A stretch of 64,000 nucleotides of DNA from an uncultured Candidatus Saccharibacteria bacterium (GTDB lineage: Bacteria > Patescibacteriota > Minisyncoccia > Phycocordibacterales > DSPV01), in assembly GCA_964617735.1 (NCBI GenBank), contig CAZTXT010000001.1:459589-523588 (forward strand), read 5' to 3'. Each line of letters opens with the position of its first letter. Position 1 is the first letter of the stretch. Below the pieces are notes generated by a model. It made no database searches. It was not told the DNA's origin and was given only the letters and a program-made list of their open reading frames with translations. A program made the translations under genes and the position numbers. This document shows, piece by piece, positions 50,548 through 60,444 of this stretch.

Positions 50548-51138
50548 TCATGCAAGCCAGGGAACCCTATAAGCCGTGAATTCCGGGAACAGGACTTTGT
50601 CATAGAGCAGGCGCGAGAAAGCCTCCGCTTCATAGCGAGCGCCCCGTAAACCATTATGCGGTTTGGGTTCTTGTGGAACACCCACGTACTGCAAGATAGA
50701 GTCGAGGTTCAAAGCCGAATGACCATTCTTTTCAGGAGGCTTGATACCGCGCCGTATCATATGAAAATAGGCGATTGAATGGAGATCAATCGTTCGACAC
50801 GCGAACGGCCAGTTAAAATGATAGCGATGCGCCGCTGCACGCAAGAAGTCTCGGTCGGCCGAAGGATTCTGACCCGCGATCGTGCGCTCTTCAAAGCGTT
50901 GTGCCCAATCTAAAAAGCTGGCGATAAGCTCCTTGTCGCCCTGTTTTTGAGGGTCGGTAGCTTCTGCCGTTGAAAATCCGTTGATGGCAAGGGCCGCAGG
51001 ATCGATGTGCGCCCCATTCCATACCCGACATTCCCCATAGAATGTCTCACTGGGATTTGAAAAATTCACGGCGCCAATCGAAAGAAGGCTGTGTGTGAGC
51101 GGGTCAAGACCGCTCGATTCCATATCGACGATGATCAT
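50548..51138 (-). CDS. DEDD-family 3'-5' exonuclease
   Basis: IVDMESSG, GQNPSADRDFL, TIDLH and HNGLRGA motifs. Confidence 0.88.
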   Translation of the reverse strand: MIIVDMESSGLDPLTHSLLSIGAVNFSNPSETFYGECRVWNGAHIDPAALAINGFSTAEATDPQKQGDKELIASFLDWAQRFEERTIAGQNPSADRDFLRAAAHRYHFNWPFACRTIDLHSIAYFHMIRRGIKPPEKNGHSALNLDSILQYVGVPQEPKPHNGLRGARYEAEAFSRLLYDKVLFPEFTAYRVPWLA

Positions 51139-51169
51139 ATTTACAGTATAGCAGAGCGCGTGGACCCCG

Positions 51170-51565
51170 TTAGTGTAGTCCTTTGCAATTAGCTCCCGGG
51201 GTAAAACCCGCGGCCTGTGCCACCTCCACGGAACTGAACCAGCGCTTATTCTCTTCTCTGATAGCACGTGCCGCTCCACACCACGGGAAGTAATATTTGC
51301 CGCTCGTTTTTGAGCCCACCACCTCACCGAGGGTCGCGGTGGGATCCGGGGGTTTAGGTAAATGGGCGGTGGCAGAGGCGGCCATGAATGCTCCAGCCTC
51401 ACCGGTACGCGAGACGATCTCAAGTGACGAGCTGTCGTTTGCGGAGAGTCGTCCGAGCGAGAATGAACCGACCGATACAACGATGATAAGTCCCGCAATA
51501 AAAAGAGAGCGCGACCGCCCATTGAACCAGTACTTGATAATTCTCGCTCTTTCAGTTATACTCAT
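51170..51565 (-). CDS. Membrane-anchored protein with Ada metal-binding-like C-terminal domain
   Basis: TM; VGSKTSGKYYFPWC...WFSS...AQAAGF...NC. Confidence 0.8.
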   Translation of the reverse strand: MSITERARIIKYWFNGRSRSLFIAGLIIVVSVGSFSLGRLSANDSSSLEIVSRTGEAGAFMAASATAHLPKPPDPTATLGEVVGSKTSGKYYFPWCGAARAIREENKRWFSSVEVAQAAGFTPGANCKGLH

Positions 51566-51588
51566 GACCTCATAAGTATAGCAACCCA

Positions 51589-51867
51589 ATGGCACACACT
51601 AAAGCAGGCGGAACAGCTAAAAACTTAACCGATTCGAATGCCCAATATCTGGGTATTAAACTCTATGCCGGTGAGAGAGCAAAAGTAGGAGCGATCATCG
51701 TACGTCAGCGCGGAACCCGTATCTTGCCGGGAAAGAATGTTGGCGTTGGAAAAGACCATTCCCTCTTCGCCTTAACGGAAGGAATCGTCGCTTATACCCA
51801 GAAACGCAAGCGCAGTTTCAACAACAAAACACTGACGAAAAAAGTTGCGCACGTGAACTCCAAATAA
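51589..51867 (+). CDS. rpmA: 50S ribosomal protein L27
   Basis: MAHTKAGG, IIVRQRGT and GKDHSLFA motifs. Confidence 0.97.
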   Translation: MAHTKAGGTAKNLTDSNAQYLGIKLYAGERAKVGAIIVRQRGTRILPGKNVGVGKDHSLFALTEGIVAYTQKRKRSFNNKTLTKKVAHVNSK

Positions 51868-51896
51868 AGGTTATCAGATATTCTTTTTCGGAACGC

Positions 51897-51922
51897 AAAT
51901 ACCCGCCTGCTGGCGGGTATTT
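51897..51922. terminator. Bidirectional terminator between rpmA and rplI
   Basis: AAATACCCGCC-TGCT-GGCGGGTATTT. Confidence 0.8.
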
Positions 51923-51931
51923 CTCTAGAGC

Positions 51932-52378
51932 CTATTTCTCAGCCTCTATGACAAGCTTAAACTTTGCCTTCTTGCCACCGACAGAGACAGTGAGCGAATG
52001 CTCCCCTACCGCTTTAATCGGATGCTCAAGGTTGATGAGTTCCGGATCAACATCGATCCGCAACTCTTCCTTGAGACGCCGCGAGATATCTTCTTTATGG
52101 ATGGATGCGAAGAGATGCCCTTGTTCGCTCGCCTTCCCCTGAATGTGGACGGCTTTATCCTCGATTTGAGCGATATTCTTCAGGAGCAATTCTTCCTGGA
52201 CTTTACGTTCGGCTTCCCAACGCGCCTTCTGTGCCTCGGCTTGCTTCAGCGCCCCTGCGGTCGCCTCTCGCGCAAGCCCTCGGGGAATAAGCATATTCAG
52301 GGCATGTCCGTCCGAGACGTTCTTAACGTCCAATTTCTTTCCAAGTCCGACAACGTCTTGGGTCAAGATAACTTTCAT
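51932..52378 (-). CDS. rplI: 50S ribosomal protein L9
   Basis: MKVILTQDV..LG, LIPRGLA, GHLFASI and PIKAVG motifs. Confidence 0.96.
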   Translation of the reverse strand: MKVILTQDVVGLGKKLDVKNVSDGHALNMLIPRGLAREATAGALKQAEAQKARWEAERKVQEELLLKNIAQIEDKAVHIQGKASEQGHLFASIHKEDISRRLKEELRIDVDPELINLEHPIKAVGEHSLTVSVGGKKAKFKLVIEAEK

Positions 52379-52435
52379 AGGTTTGCCATACTACACGATT
52401 AACAACCTGCAGGCAAGGAAACAGCTTATATCGAG

Positions 52436-53734
52436 CTACTCACTCAAGAGCATGTGAACCGCTTTCTGCATCTGCGGATCCTTTCCCTTCGCAAGGTCAT
52501 CCGGCGTCATATCTACGACATAGTCGGGCTTGAGCCCCTCTTTGGAGATATTTTTGCCATTCGGGGTCAGCCAGCGTGCGACCGTGACTTTAAGGGAGGT
52601 GTCGGGGGTGATATCCACGAGCTCTTGCACCGAGCCTTTGCCGAATGTCTGCGTGCCGACGAGCTTTGCCACTCCCTGTTCGCGGAGAGCGCCCGCGAGG
52701 ATTTCGGAAGCGGACGCGGACCCTCCATTGACCAAGATCGCCATTCTAAGATTCTCATTGAAAATATCGTAGCCCTTCGAGCGATAGACCCGTACATCAT
52801 CCTTTGCATACTCCTCCTGTACTACCACTTTCCCGACCGGAAGGAACCACGATGCTATATCCACGGCTGCCTCGAGATACCCTCCGGGGTTGGAGCGCAA
52901 ATCGAGGATAAGCTTGTTCGAACCCGATTGAACGAATTCGCGTAACGCACTGCGGAAGAGATTAGGCGATTGAGCAGTGAAGCTGTAGAGCTTGATGACG
53001 AATACTCCGTCATCACGCAAACCCACGCTCTTATCCGGCGCGCTCTGTCCGCTCGAGAGTTTCAGTTCCGTGTCGATCGTAGGAATATTGATCGTCTCAC
53101 GCACAACGCTTAGGTCGAATGGGGCGCTCTTGCTCGTGCGGGCAAGGGTCAGGCGCACAGTCGTTCCTCCTTTGCCGCGGATCTTGCGCACTGCAGCGTC
53201 GGTACTCATACCGTCGGTCGGTTCGTCGTTAATCTTGAGTATCTTATCCCCCGCTTGTATGCCCGCACGATCGGCGGGCGTGCCCTTAAGAGGTGCGATG
53301 ACCGTGAGTATGCCATCTTTGATACCGATCTCCATGCCAACACCCTCGAATGTACCGGATATCTCGCTCTGGAATTCTTTCTGTTCTTCCGGTGGGAAGA
53401 ACACAGTGTACGGATCTCCGAGGGATGCCGTGAGTCCGCTGATCGCCCCCCAGACTTTATCTTGATCCGTTACAGAAGTAACCGTCGAACTGGCCATGGT
53501 CGAGCTTGAAACGGTCGTTGGTACGTATTTCTCGTTGATGATTTCCCATGCGCGCCAAAAAGGCGAGAAATCGACTTCTGCAGGCCTACCCTCATCTTTA
53601 TTCGAGAGATCGGTTGCTTTATAGATATCGGGAGCACGCTTGACGCCTACGGCGTACCCGCCAAAAAAAGTTGCGCCGAGGATGACAAGCGCAATGAGTA
53701 CCGGCACTAGCTTCGGCCGTGATGAAGATTCCAT
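52436..53734 (-). CDS. ctpA: Carboxyl-terminal processing protease (S41)
   Basis: DPYT, PDZ GVGMEI, LDLRSNPGG, SASASEI and TFGKGSVQ motifs. Confidence 0.95.
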   Translation of the reverse strand: MESSSRPKLVPVLIALVILGATFFGGYAVGVKRAPDIYKATDLSNKDEGRPAEVDFSPFWRAWEIINEKYVPTTVSSSTMASSTVTSVTDQDKVWGAISGLTASLGDPYTVFFPPEEQKEFQSEISGTFEGVGMEIGIKDGILTVIAPLKGTPADRAGIQAGDKILKINDEPTDGMSTDAAVRKIRGKGGTTVRLTLARTSKSAPFDLSVVRETINIPTIDTELKLSSGQSAPDKSVGLRDDGVFVIKLYSFTAQSPNLFRSALREFVQSGSNKLILDLRSNPGGYLEAAVDIASWFLPVGKVVVQEEYAKDDVRVYRSKGYDIFNENLRMAILVNGGSASASEILAGALREQGVAKLVGTQTFGKGSVQELVDITPDTSLKVTVARWLTPNGKNISKEGLKPDYVVDMTPDDLAKGKDPQMQKAVHMLLSE

Positions 53735-53843
53735 GTTGCTCCATTATCACAAAATAGGCGCTGGCCTGCAACTGGCGATCTGAACGTAAATCACTTTTGG
53801 CTATACCCTAGACGCTCCCGTCTCTGACCTCTATAATTGTTTT

Positions 53844-54761
53844 ATGGTGAGTCGCCATGTCTATCGGAACGTCGAATGGATAGACCTTGAATCTCCGACG
53901 TATGAGGAGATCAAGACCGTCACATCCGAACGTAAACTCAATCAACTGCTCGCACAGGAGCTCTTGACGCCGACGTTAAAACCTCGCGTGGATCTATACC
54001 GCGACTACCTTTATCTGGTCCTGCATTTCCCTGCTATTCGGCACTCGCACGCTCCCGATACTTCGAGCCAAGAGATCGATTTCATCGTGGGGCGCGATTT
54101 CATCATCACCACGCGCTACGACACCATTGATCCACTCCATGAATTCTCAAAAATATTCGAAGTGAACTCCATACTCGACCGGCAGGACATGGGCGAACAC
54201 GCGGGGTATATCTTCTATCATATGCTCAAGCATATCTATAAAGGCATGGAGAACGAGCTTGAGGGCATCAACGGCAGGCTCGCCGCGATCCAGAAAAACA
54301 TCTTCTCGGGGAAAGAGCATGAAATGGTATCGGAGATTTCAAAAGTGAACCGTGACATCCTTAATATCAAAGGCGCCCTGCGACCGCATCAGCAGGTGCT
54401 CGACTCACTTGAAGTCGCCGCGCTCAAGATATTCGGAAAAGAATTCGAGTATCCGATGCGGGCGCTCAAAAACGAGAATTATCGCGTCAGCAGCGAGATC
54501 CTTACCTGCAACGATCTGGCGAACGAGCTTCGCGAGACTAACAACGCGCTCGTTTCGACCAAACAAAACGAAACGATGAAGCATCTATCGGCCATCGCCT
54601 TCATCGGACTTCCCATTGGGCTCCTCATCGCGATCTTGCAGATCGATACGGTGTCTCGGCCGATCGTCGGCATGCCCGATGATTTTTGGATAATCCTTTT
54701 CGTGGTGATCATTCTCGCTTCGCTTCTGTATTCCTACTCGAAAAGTAGAAAATGGCTCTAA
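53844..54761 (+). CDS. CorA-family divalent cation transporter
   Basis: WIDLESPT, RPHQQVL and KQNETMK motifs with two C-terminal TMs; canonical GMN replaced by QID. Confidence 0.85.
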   Translation: MVSRHVYRNVEWIDLESPTYEEIKTVTSERKLNQLLAQELLTPTLKPRVDLYRDYLYLVLHFPAIRHSHAPDTSSQEIDFIVGRDFIITTRYDTIDPLHEFSKIFEVNSILDRQDMGEHAGYIFYHMLKHIYKGMENELEGINGRLAAIQKNIFSGKEHEMVSEISKVNRDILNIKGALRPHQQVLDSLEVAALKIFGKEFEYPMRALKNENYRVSSEILTCNDLANELRETNNALVSTKQNETMKHLSAIAFIGLPIGLLIAILQIDTVSRPIVGMPDDFWIILFVVIILASLLYSYSKSRKWL

Positions 54762-56236
54762 GCTTGTCGAAACTCTTCGGACGCACTGGCACTCTGCGCT
54801 CTCCGCAGATCTTTTTCTACAACACGCTGCACCGCAAAAAAGAGAAATTCGTCCCGTTAAAATCAGGCCGTGTAGGGATGTATCACTGCGGCCCAACAGT
54901 CTACAACTACCAGCATATCGGGAATTATCGCGCATACATCTTCGCCGATCTTCTCAAGCGTATGTTCCGCTATCACGATTTTACCGTCAGCCAAGTGATC
55001 AACATCACGGACGTGGGGCATTTGACCGATGATGAGGACCAAGGGCAAGACAAGATCGAGGAAGGCGCGCGACAGGAGCATAAAACCGCGGCGGAGATCA
55101 TTAAGCGCTATACCGATGACTTCCTTTTGAACCTTGAGAAATTGAACATAGACACCGAGGGCACGGTCTTCCCTAAAGCGACAGAACATATTTTAGAGCA
55201 GATCGCCTTCATACAAACGCTCGACGAGAAGGGATATACATACCGAACATCCGACGGCATCTATTTCGATACCGCTCTCTTCAAGTCCTACGGCACGCTC
55301 GGGAACATTGATCTTGCCGGGCTTGCGGAGGGCAAACGGATCGGCATCAATCCGGAGAAAAAACATCCGACTGATTTCGCACTCTGGAAATTCTCTCCAA
55401 AAACCGGTTCGGGAGAAGCAAAACGGCAGCAAGAATGGGACTCTCCCTGGGGGGTCGGATTTCCGGGCTGGCATATCGAATGCTCGGCTATGTCCACCAA
55501 ATATCTGGGACGGCACTTCGACATACACACCGGCGGCATCGACCACATTCCGGTCCACCACAACAACGAGATCGCGCAATCCGAAGCGGCCTTCGGCGTA
55601 CGCTTTGCCAACTACTGGATGCACTGCGCGCATATCCTGATAGACGGCAAGAAAATATCCAAATCGCTGGGAAACACTATTCTCATCAAACATCTCGAGG
55701 AGAAAAGCATCTCTCCGCTCGCCTATCGCTACTGGCTGTTGACCAGCCACTATCGGACGCAGGTCAACTTCACTTGGGAAGCGGTCACCGCAGCCGAACG
55801 CGCATTCTTCAAATTGCAGCGCTTCTTCGTCGAAGAGCTGGGGATCAAAAAAGGAACTCTCGCACAGGCGTATCTCTCTGAATTCCTCTCTGCGATCCAC
55901 GACGACCTCGACACACCCAAAGCAATCGCAACCACATGGAACATGGTAAAAGACGATGCGGTATCAAAACCTGACAAAAAAGCAACGCTCCTTGCGTTCG
56001 ACCGAATACTGGGACTCAACCTCTCTGGCGCGCAAGAGTTCATGGAGGTCGCCGGCCGTGCGGAAGTCGCTCCGGAGGATATTCCTGCTGCTATCAAAAA
56101 ATTGCTCGATGAACGGGAAACAGCCCGCCAGGTAAAAGACTTCAAAGCAGCCGACAGTTTGCGCGCCCGCATCCTCTCTGCGGGTTTTGAGATCGTGGAC
56201 ACGGAAAAAGGGCCACGGCTGCGAAGAATTGACTGA
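54752..56236 (+). CDS. cysS: Cysteine--tRNA ligase
   Basis: CGPTVY..HIGN, DFALWK, GWHIECS, HTGGIDH and KISKS motifs. Confidence 0.97.
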   Translation: MALSLSKLFGRTGTLRSPQIFFYNTLHRKKEKFVPLKSGRVGMYHCGPTVYNYQHIGNYRAYIFADLLKRMFRYHDFTVSQVINITDVGHLTDDEDQGQDKIEEGARQEHKTAAEIIKRYTDDFLLNLEKLNIDTEGTVFPKATEHILEQIAFIQTLDEKGYTYRTSDGIYFDTALFKSYGTLGNIDLAGLAEGKRIGINPEKKHPTDFALWKFSPKTGSGEAKRQQEWDSPWGVGFPGWHIECSAMSTKYLGRHFDIHTGGIDHIPVHHNNEIAQSEAAFGVRFANYWMHCAHILIDGKKISKSLGNTILIKHLEEKSISPLAYRYWLLTSHYRTQVNFTWEAVTAAERAFFKLQRFFVEELGIKKGTLAQAYLSEFLSAIHDDLDTPKAIATTWNMVKDDAVSKPDKKATLLAFDRILGLNLSGAQEFMEVAGRAEVAPEDIPAAIKKLLDERETARQVKDFKAADSLRARILSAGFEIVDTEKGPRLRRID

Positions 56237-56263
56237 TTCTCATAATCAGGCTATACTTTCTCT

Positions 56264-56350
56264 GGGGTAGACAAATTCGCTGTTGTCTACATTCTTCTAT
56301 GCAAGTATCCAAGCCGCCCCGTTATAACTTAAAAGACGGGGCGGTTTTTT
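56264..56350 (+). ncRNA. Candidate ~87-nt sRNA
   Basis: TTGACT-17-TATACT promoter (56229-56257); GTAGACAA/TTGTCTAC hairpin; GCCGCCCCGT/ACGGGGCGGT plus T-tract. Confidence 0.5.
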
Positions 56351-56424
56351 ATATGCACATCTTGGTAACAGGTTATGGTCAACACGAAGTACTGATTATA
56401 AGAGAGCCATGATACAATTCGACT

Positions 56425-57813
56425 ATGCAACGTTCAGACATCGATTTCTCTAAGATACCGCCGCAAAACATAGAAGCAGAACAGGCTCTCCTCGGATCCA
56501 TCCTACTGCGACAAGATGTCCTCAACGATATCATCGACATCGTCTCCCCCGCTTCCTTTTATGCCGAAAAGCACCGCCTCATCTTTGAGACGATACTCGA
56601 ACTCTTTGGGAAAGGTGCTCCAATTGATCTTCTATCCTTGACGTCGCGTCTCGAAGAAAAGAAATTCCTCGAGCGGGTCGGCGGAGCCCACTATGTGGCG
56701 GAGCTTGCAGGCGCAGTCCCCTCCTCCATCAACGCCAAGCACTATGCCGAGCTCGTGCACAAGAAGGCGCTGATGCGCTCCCTCATCGAAGCCTCCGAGC
56801 ACATACGGACGTTGGGCTTCAACGAAGCCGCCGACATCGAAGAAGTCATCGATAGCGCCGAGAAGAAACTCTTCGATGTAACCAATGTCTCAGGCAAGCA
56901 CCGCTTCGTTGAACTCAAAGACATGCTCGGTGACGCGTGGGAGCGGATAGACCAGCTCCACAAATCGCGTGACGAGCTGCGTGGCGTTCCGACCGGATTC
57001 AAAGAACTAGATAGTCTCCTCGCAGGACTCCAGAAATCCGATCTGGTCATCCTCGCGGCACGACCCTCAATGGGAAAAACATCCCTTGCCCTCGACATCG
57101 CACGGCAAACAGCGGTACAACACAATGTCGCCGTCGGCATTTTCTCGCTCGAAATGAGCGCCCAGCAGCTCGTCGATCGCATGCTCGCGGCTCAATCGCA
57201 TGTGAACGCATGGGCCCTGCGCACCGGCCGAGTTACCGCCGGAACTGATTTCAACCGCATCCGCGACGCGCTCGATGTTCTGGCAAAAGCGCCGATCTAC
57301 ATAGATGACCAGCCTGGACAATCGATAATCAAAATGCGCTCCGTCGCGCGCAAGCTCAAGCGCGAGAAGAACATCGGTCTTCTCGTCGTCGATTACCTCC
57401 AACTGATGCTCACCGGCATGAAGAACGCCAATGATTCTTTTTATCAGCAGGTAACCGAGATCTCGCGCTCGCTCAAACAGCTCGCGCGCGAGCTCGAAAT
57501 TCCGGTTTTGGCGCTCTCCCAGCTCTCACGGGCGGTAGAGCAGCGCGGCGGCAAGCCACGACTCTCGGATCTTCGCGATTCCGGCTCGATCGAGCAAGAT
57601 GCCGATGTTGTCATGTTCATTCATCGCGAGGACAAATATAAAGAAGATTCGGATAAACCCAATATTGCCGAGATCATGGTGGAAAAACACCGCAACGGCC
57701 CGACGGGAAAGATCGAGTTGTACTTCGATGAAAAAAAGGCGACGTTCTTGAGCGTCGAAAAAAGCGACCTCCGCGATCTTGCACCCGTAGATGCTTCATC
57801 CGCGACAGGGTAA
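56425..57813 (+). CDS. dnaB: Replicative DNA helicase
   Basis: AARPSMGKT, FSLEM, VDYLQL and LSDLRDSGSIEQDAD motifs; no intein. Confidence 0.98.
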   Translation: MQRSDIDFSKIPPQNIEAEQALLGSILLRQDVLNDIIDIVSPASFYAEKHRLIFETILELFGKGAPIDLLSLTSRLEEKKFLERVGGAHYVAELAGAVPSSINAKHYAELVHKKALMRSLIEASEHIRTLGFNEAADIEEVIDSAEKKLFDVTNVSGKHRFVELKDMLGDAWERIDQLHKSRDELRGVPTGFKELDSLLAGLQKSDLVILAARPSMGKTSLALDIARQTAVQHNVAVGIFSLEMSAQQLVDRMLAAQSHVNAWALRTGRVTAGTDFNRIRDALDVLAKAPIYIDDQPGQSIIKMRSVARKLKREKNIGLLVVDYLQLMLTGMKNANDSFYQQVTEISRSLKQLARELEIPVLALSQLSRAVEQRGGKPRLSDLRDSGSIEQDADVVMFIHREDKYKEDSDKPNIAEIMVEKHRNGPTGKIELYFDEKKATFLSVEKSDLRDLAPVDASSATG

Positions 57814-57816
57814 ACC

Positions 57817-58443
57817 ATGGACGACCCACTGTTGAGACTCATTGAAGAATTCTCACGGTTCCCTGGCGTAGGTCCACGACAGGCAAAACGTTTTGCTTAC
57901 TACCTTCTCACGCGAGACGAGAAAAAGCTGAAGACGCTCACTGAACTTCTCCACTCGGCGAAGAAAACCATACTTCCCTGTTCCGATTGCGGGCGGCTGT
58001 TCAGCAAAAGTAACACGACAAGATCATCTCGATGTTTAATTTGTACTGATGAAAGCCGAGACAAAACGCTTTTGATGGTTGTGAGCCACGACGTAGATGT
58101 GGATTCAGTCGAAAAAAGCGCTGGTTACCGCGGCTACTATTTCGTGCTCGGCGGAACCATACCGATCCTTGAAGAAAAACCGGATGAGCGTGTGCGTCTT
58201 TCAGGGTTGAAAACACAGATCGCAAAGCGGACCAGCGCAGGTCTCTCCGAGATAATCCTTGCTCTCGACCTCAACCCTGAAGGCGAACACACCATGGGGT
58301 ACCTATCTAAATTTCTGACATCGCTGGTGAAAAATATAAAAGTGACGGTACTCGGCCGAGGCCTCTCTACAGGCACCGAGCTCCAGTACTCCGATCCAGA
58401 GACCATACAAAACGCGCTCTCAAACAGAGCGCTGGTAAAATAA
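57817..58443 (+). CDS. recR: Recombination mediator RecR
   Basis: FPGVGPRQA, C4 zinc finger, YFVLGG, NPEGE and GRGLSTG motifs. Confidence 0.96.
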   Translation: MDDPLLRLIEEFSRFPGVGPRQAKRFAYYLLTRDEKKLKTLTELLHSAKKTILPCSDCGRLFSKSNTTRSSRCLICTDESRDKTLLMVVSHDVDVDSVEKSAGYRGYYFVLGGTIPILEEKPDERVRLSGLKTQIAKRTSAGLSEIILALDLNPEGEHTMGYLSKFLTSLVKNIKVTVLGRGLSTGTELQYSDPETIQNALSNRALVK

Positions 58444-58833
58444 AATCCCGCTTACACGCAGACACCGTATAAAGCGGGATTTCTTGTTAAGCAAACTTCA
58501 GGAGGTCTATCAACAATGGTAAACGAATACTTGGCCTAACCTGACATTTGAGCCAAGCAACTAGACCGTGACGACGTCTGGAAGAGCTGAGTCGCCGTTT
58601 TCGCCTTGCCCTAAAGATCCCAAATGGCCGGCCGAACCTTTCTTCTAGGGGGCAGTTCTATGCGTCTGAAACCACCTATGCGATACCTCCAGTATTCTTA
58701 TCAGAGTTGCGGTGGAGTTTCCACTTGACACACCAGTGGATTATATGGTAACATACGCTTAGAACGCATGGGCTTCAGAATACCTGGAACCCTATTGAAA
58801 TAACAAAAAACCCAGAAAACGAAAGGAAAAATA

Positions 58834-60384
58834 GTGAAAAAGACAACCTTCTCTCTGCTCCTCCTAGCATCGCTCTCTATAACTCGTGCGGATGTTACGG
58901 TGACCGTTGCCTCAACGGGAACGCCGATGGATGCGTTAATCAACGCGCCGCGTCAGGAATTGGCCGCATTCAGCGTCTCGGTGACGCGAAAGCCGGTCAT
59001 TATCCAAGCGGCGGTGTTCCACTTAGGAACACCGCATCCGATAACGAACCTCGAGCTCTATGAGGGTACGAACCTTCTCTCCGGTCCTTTTGACTCGGTG
59101 CCCGACGGGACAAACACCGCAGTCAAATTCACCGATGCCATATCGGCATCGGTCGGTACTCATATCTACCATTTGAAAGGACGTTTAACGTCCTATTTCG
59201 CGCCAGGAGAGATGTTTGCCGCTAAGACCACGCCGCCTTCCGACTGGAAAGCAAGCTTCGGTCCGCGGGATAAAACCACGGTCAAACTGTATCCGGCCCA
59301 GCCGGTTTACGGACAAACTACGACGGCGATCGTCGGCTCCTTATCAGTATCGACTGATCCTACATCCCCCTCGTATTCCCTGGTAACACCGGGCGTAAAT
59401 GTGGTAATGGGGGTCTACAAGATCCGCGCGGTCGCGGAGGCGATCCGGATTGACACTCTCGGATTGTCGTTGAGCACAGGGGCGTATTCCGGCGACATTC
59501 AGTCGGTTACACTCTGGGACGGAAACGTACTGCTTGGCAATGCACTGTTCACCGGAGGAAGTCAAAATACGGTGGTGGTTCTTCAAACTCCACTCTATAT
59601 TTCGGTTGATACCGACAGAGCACTCGTCGTACGCGCAAACCTATCCCCTATTGGGGTAGGACTGCCGGGCCGATCCGGTGATGATATTCGGATCGACTTC
59701 GATTCTGCAAACCTGCAGAATACGGTCGCGCAAGGTCTGATCACCGGCGCAAACACACCGGTCTCCGGCTCCACGTCAGTTGCCGCAAAACGCTTGGTCA
59801 AATCATTCCCGACTGTGGCTCAAATCCCGCTTCCTATGGCGGGAGTCGACTCCGATGGTAGGCTCATCGCTTTCTCGGTTCACGCCGATGCAGCGGGGCC
59901 GATCGGAATCGGCAAGATGAGCTTCGCGATGCTTGCATCAGGCGTCGGAATGGTGACAGGAGCGGTGTATGGTTACACCGATTCAGCACTCTCCCAGCCT
60001 ATCCCGGGCTTCGCGCCAGACGGGCTTTTGGCTCCCGCAGAGCTGGTAAACCCGTACGAGGGGCAGAGCAACCGCGCGGAGTTCCGCCTGGAAGTGAACG
60101 GCGTGCCAACGATACTTGAGATACCGGCAGGCCAGACGAGGTACTTCCTCGTCCGAGGCGGCTTTAGCTCAAAGAATAACGCGTACATCACCACATACCT
60201 TCTGACCGAAGAAGGAAGCACTCCGATAGCGACGTTCCTCGATCTGGATCAGTTCCCCTTCGGGTTCTTCATGTGGACCCCGAATTCATATGGCATCAGC
60301 GGATACGCCGAAACCGATTGGCTCAATAGCTTCGGCGTCGAAGGTATGGCGCCCAATGGCCTAAGCCAGACACGTACTAATTAG
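58834..60384 (+). CDS. Secreted beta-rich (Ig-like repeat) surface protein
   Basis: GAAAGGA SD plus GTG; signal peptide; Thr/Gly/Val-rich repeated beta domains; TTGACA-17-TAACAT promoter. Confidence 0.75.
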   Translation: MKKTTFSLLLLASLSITRADVTVTVASTGTPMDALINAPRQELAAFSVSVTRKPVIIQAAVFHLGTPHPITNLELYEGTNLLSGPFDSVPDGTNTAVKFTDAISASVGTHIYHLKGRLTSYFAPGEMFAAKTTPPSDWKASFGPRDKTTVKLYPAQPVYGQTTTAIVGSLSVSTDPTSPSYSLVTPGVNVVMGVYKIRAVAEAIRIDTLGLSLSTGAYSGDIQSVTLWDGNVLLGNALFTGGSQNTVVVLQTPLYISVDTDRALVVRANLSPIGVGLPGRSGDDIRIDFDSANLQNTVAQGLITGANTPVSGSTSVAAKRLVKSFPTVAQIPLPMAGVDSDGRLIAFSVHADAAGPIGIGKMSFAMLASGVGMVTGAVYGYTDSALSQPIPGFAPDGLLAPAELVNPYEGQSNRAEFRLEVNGVPTILEIPAGQTRYFLVRGGFSSKNNAYITTYLLTEEGSTPIATFLDLDQFPFGFFMWTPNSYGISGYAETDWLNSFGVEGMAPNGLSQTRTN

Positions 60385-60409
60385 TTCTTCCTCGGCGTTG
60401 CCGAGACGC

Positions 60410-60444
60410 AAAATCGCGAGGTTTTAAAGCCTCGCGATTTTTTT
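60410..60444. terminator. Bidirectional terminator
   Basis: AAAATCGCGAGG/CCTCGCGATTTT. Confidence 0.8.

Noticed and set aside
50174-50681. ORFs 50174-50524 (+) and 50364-50681 (-)
   Set aside because: They overlap tRNA-Pro(GGG), a promoter and the exonuclease gene, and have no protein-like motifs
53801-53815. Fourth copy of the 30-bp site (CTATACCCTAGACGC)
   Set aside because: It matches 13/15 of one half only, the CRTC half is absent, and it could be chance
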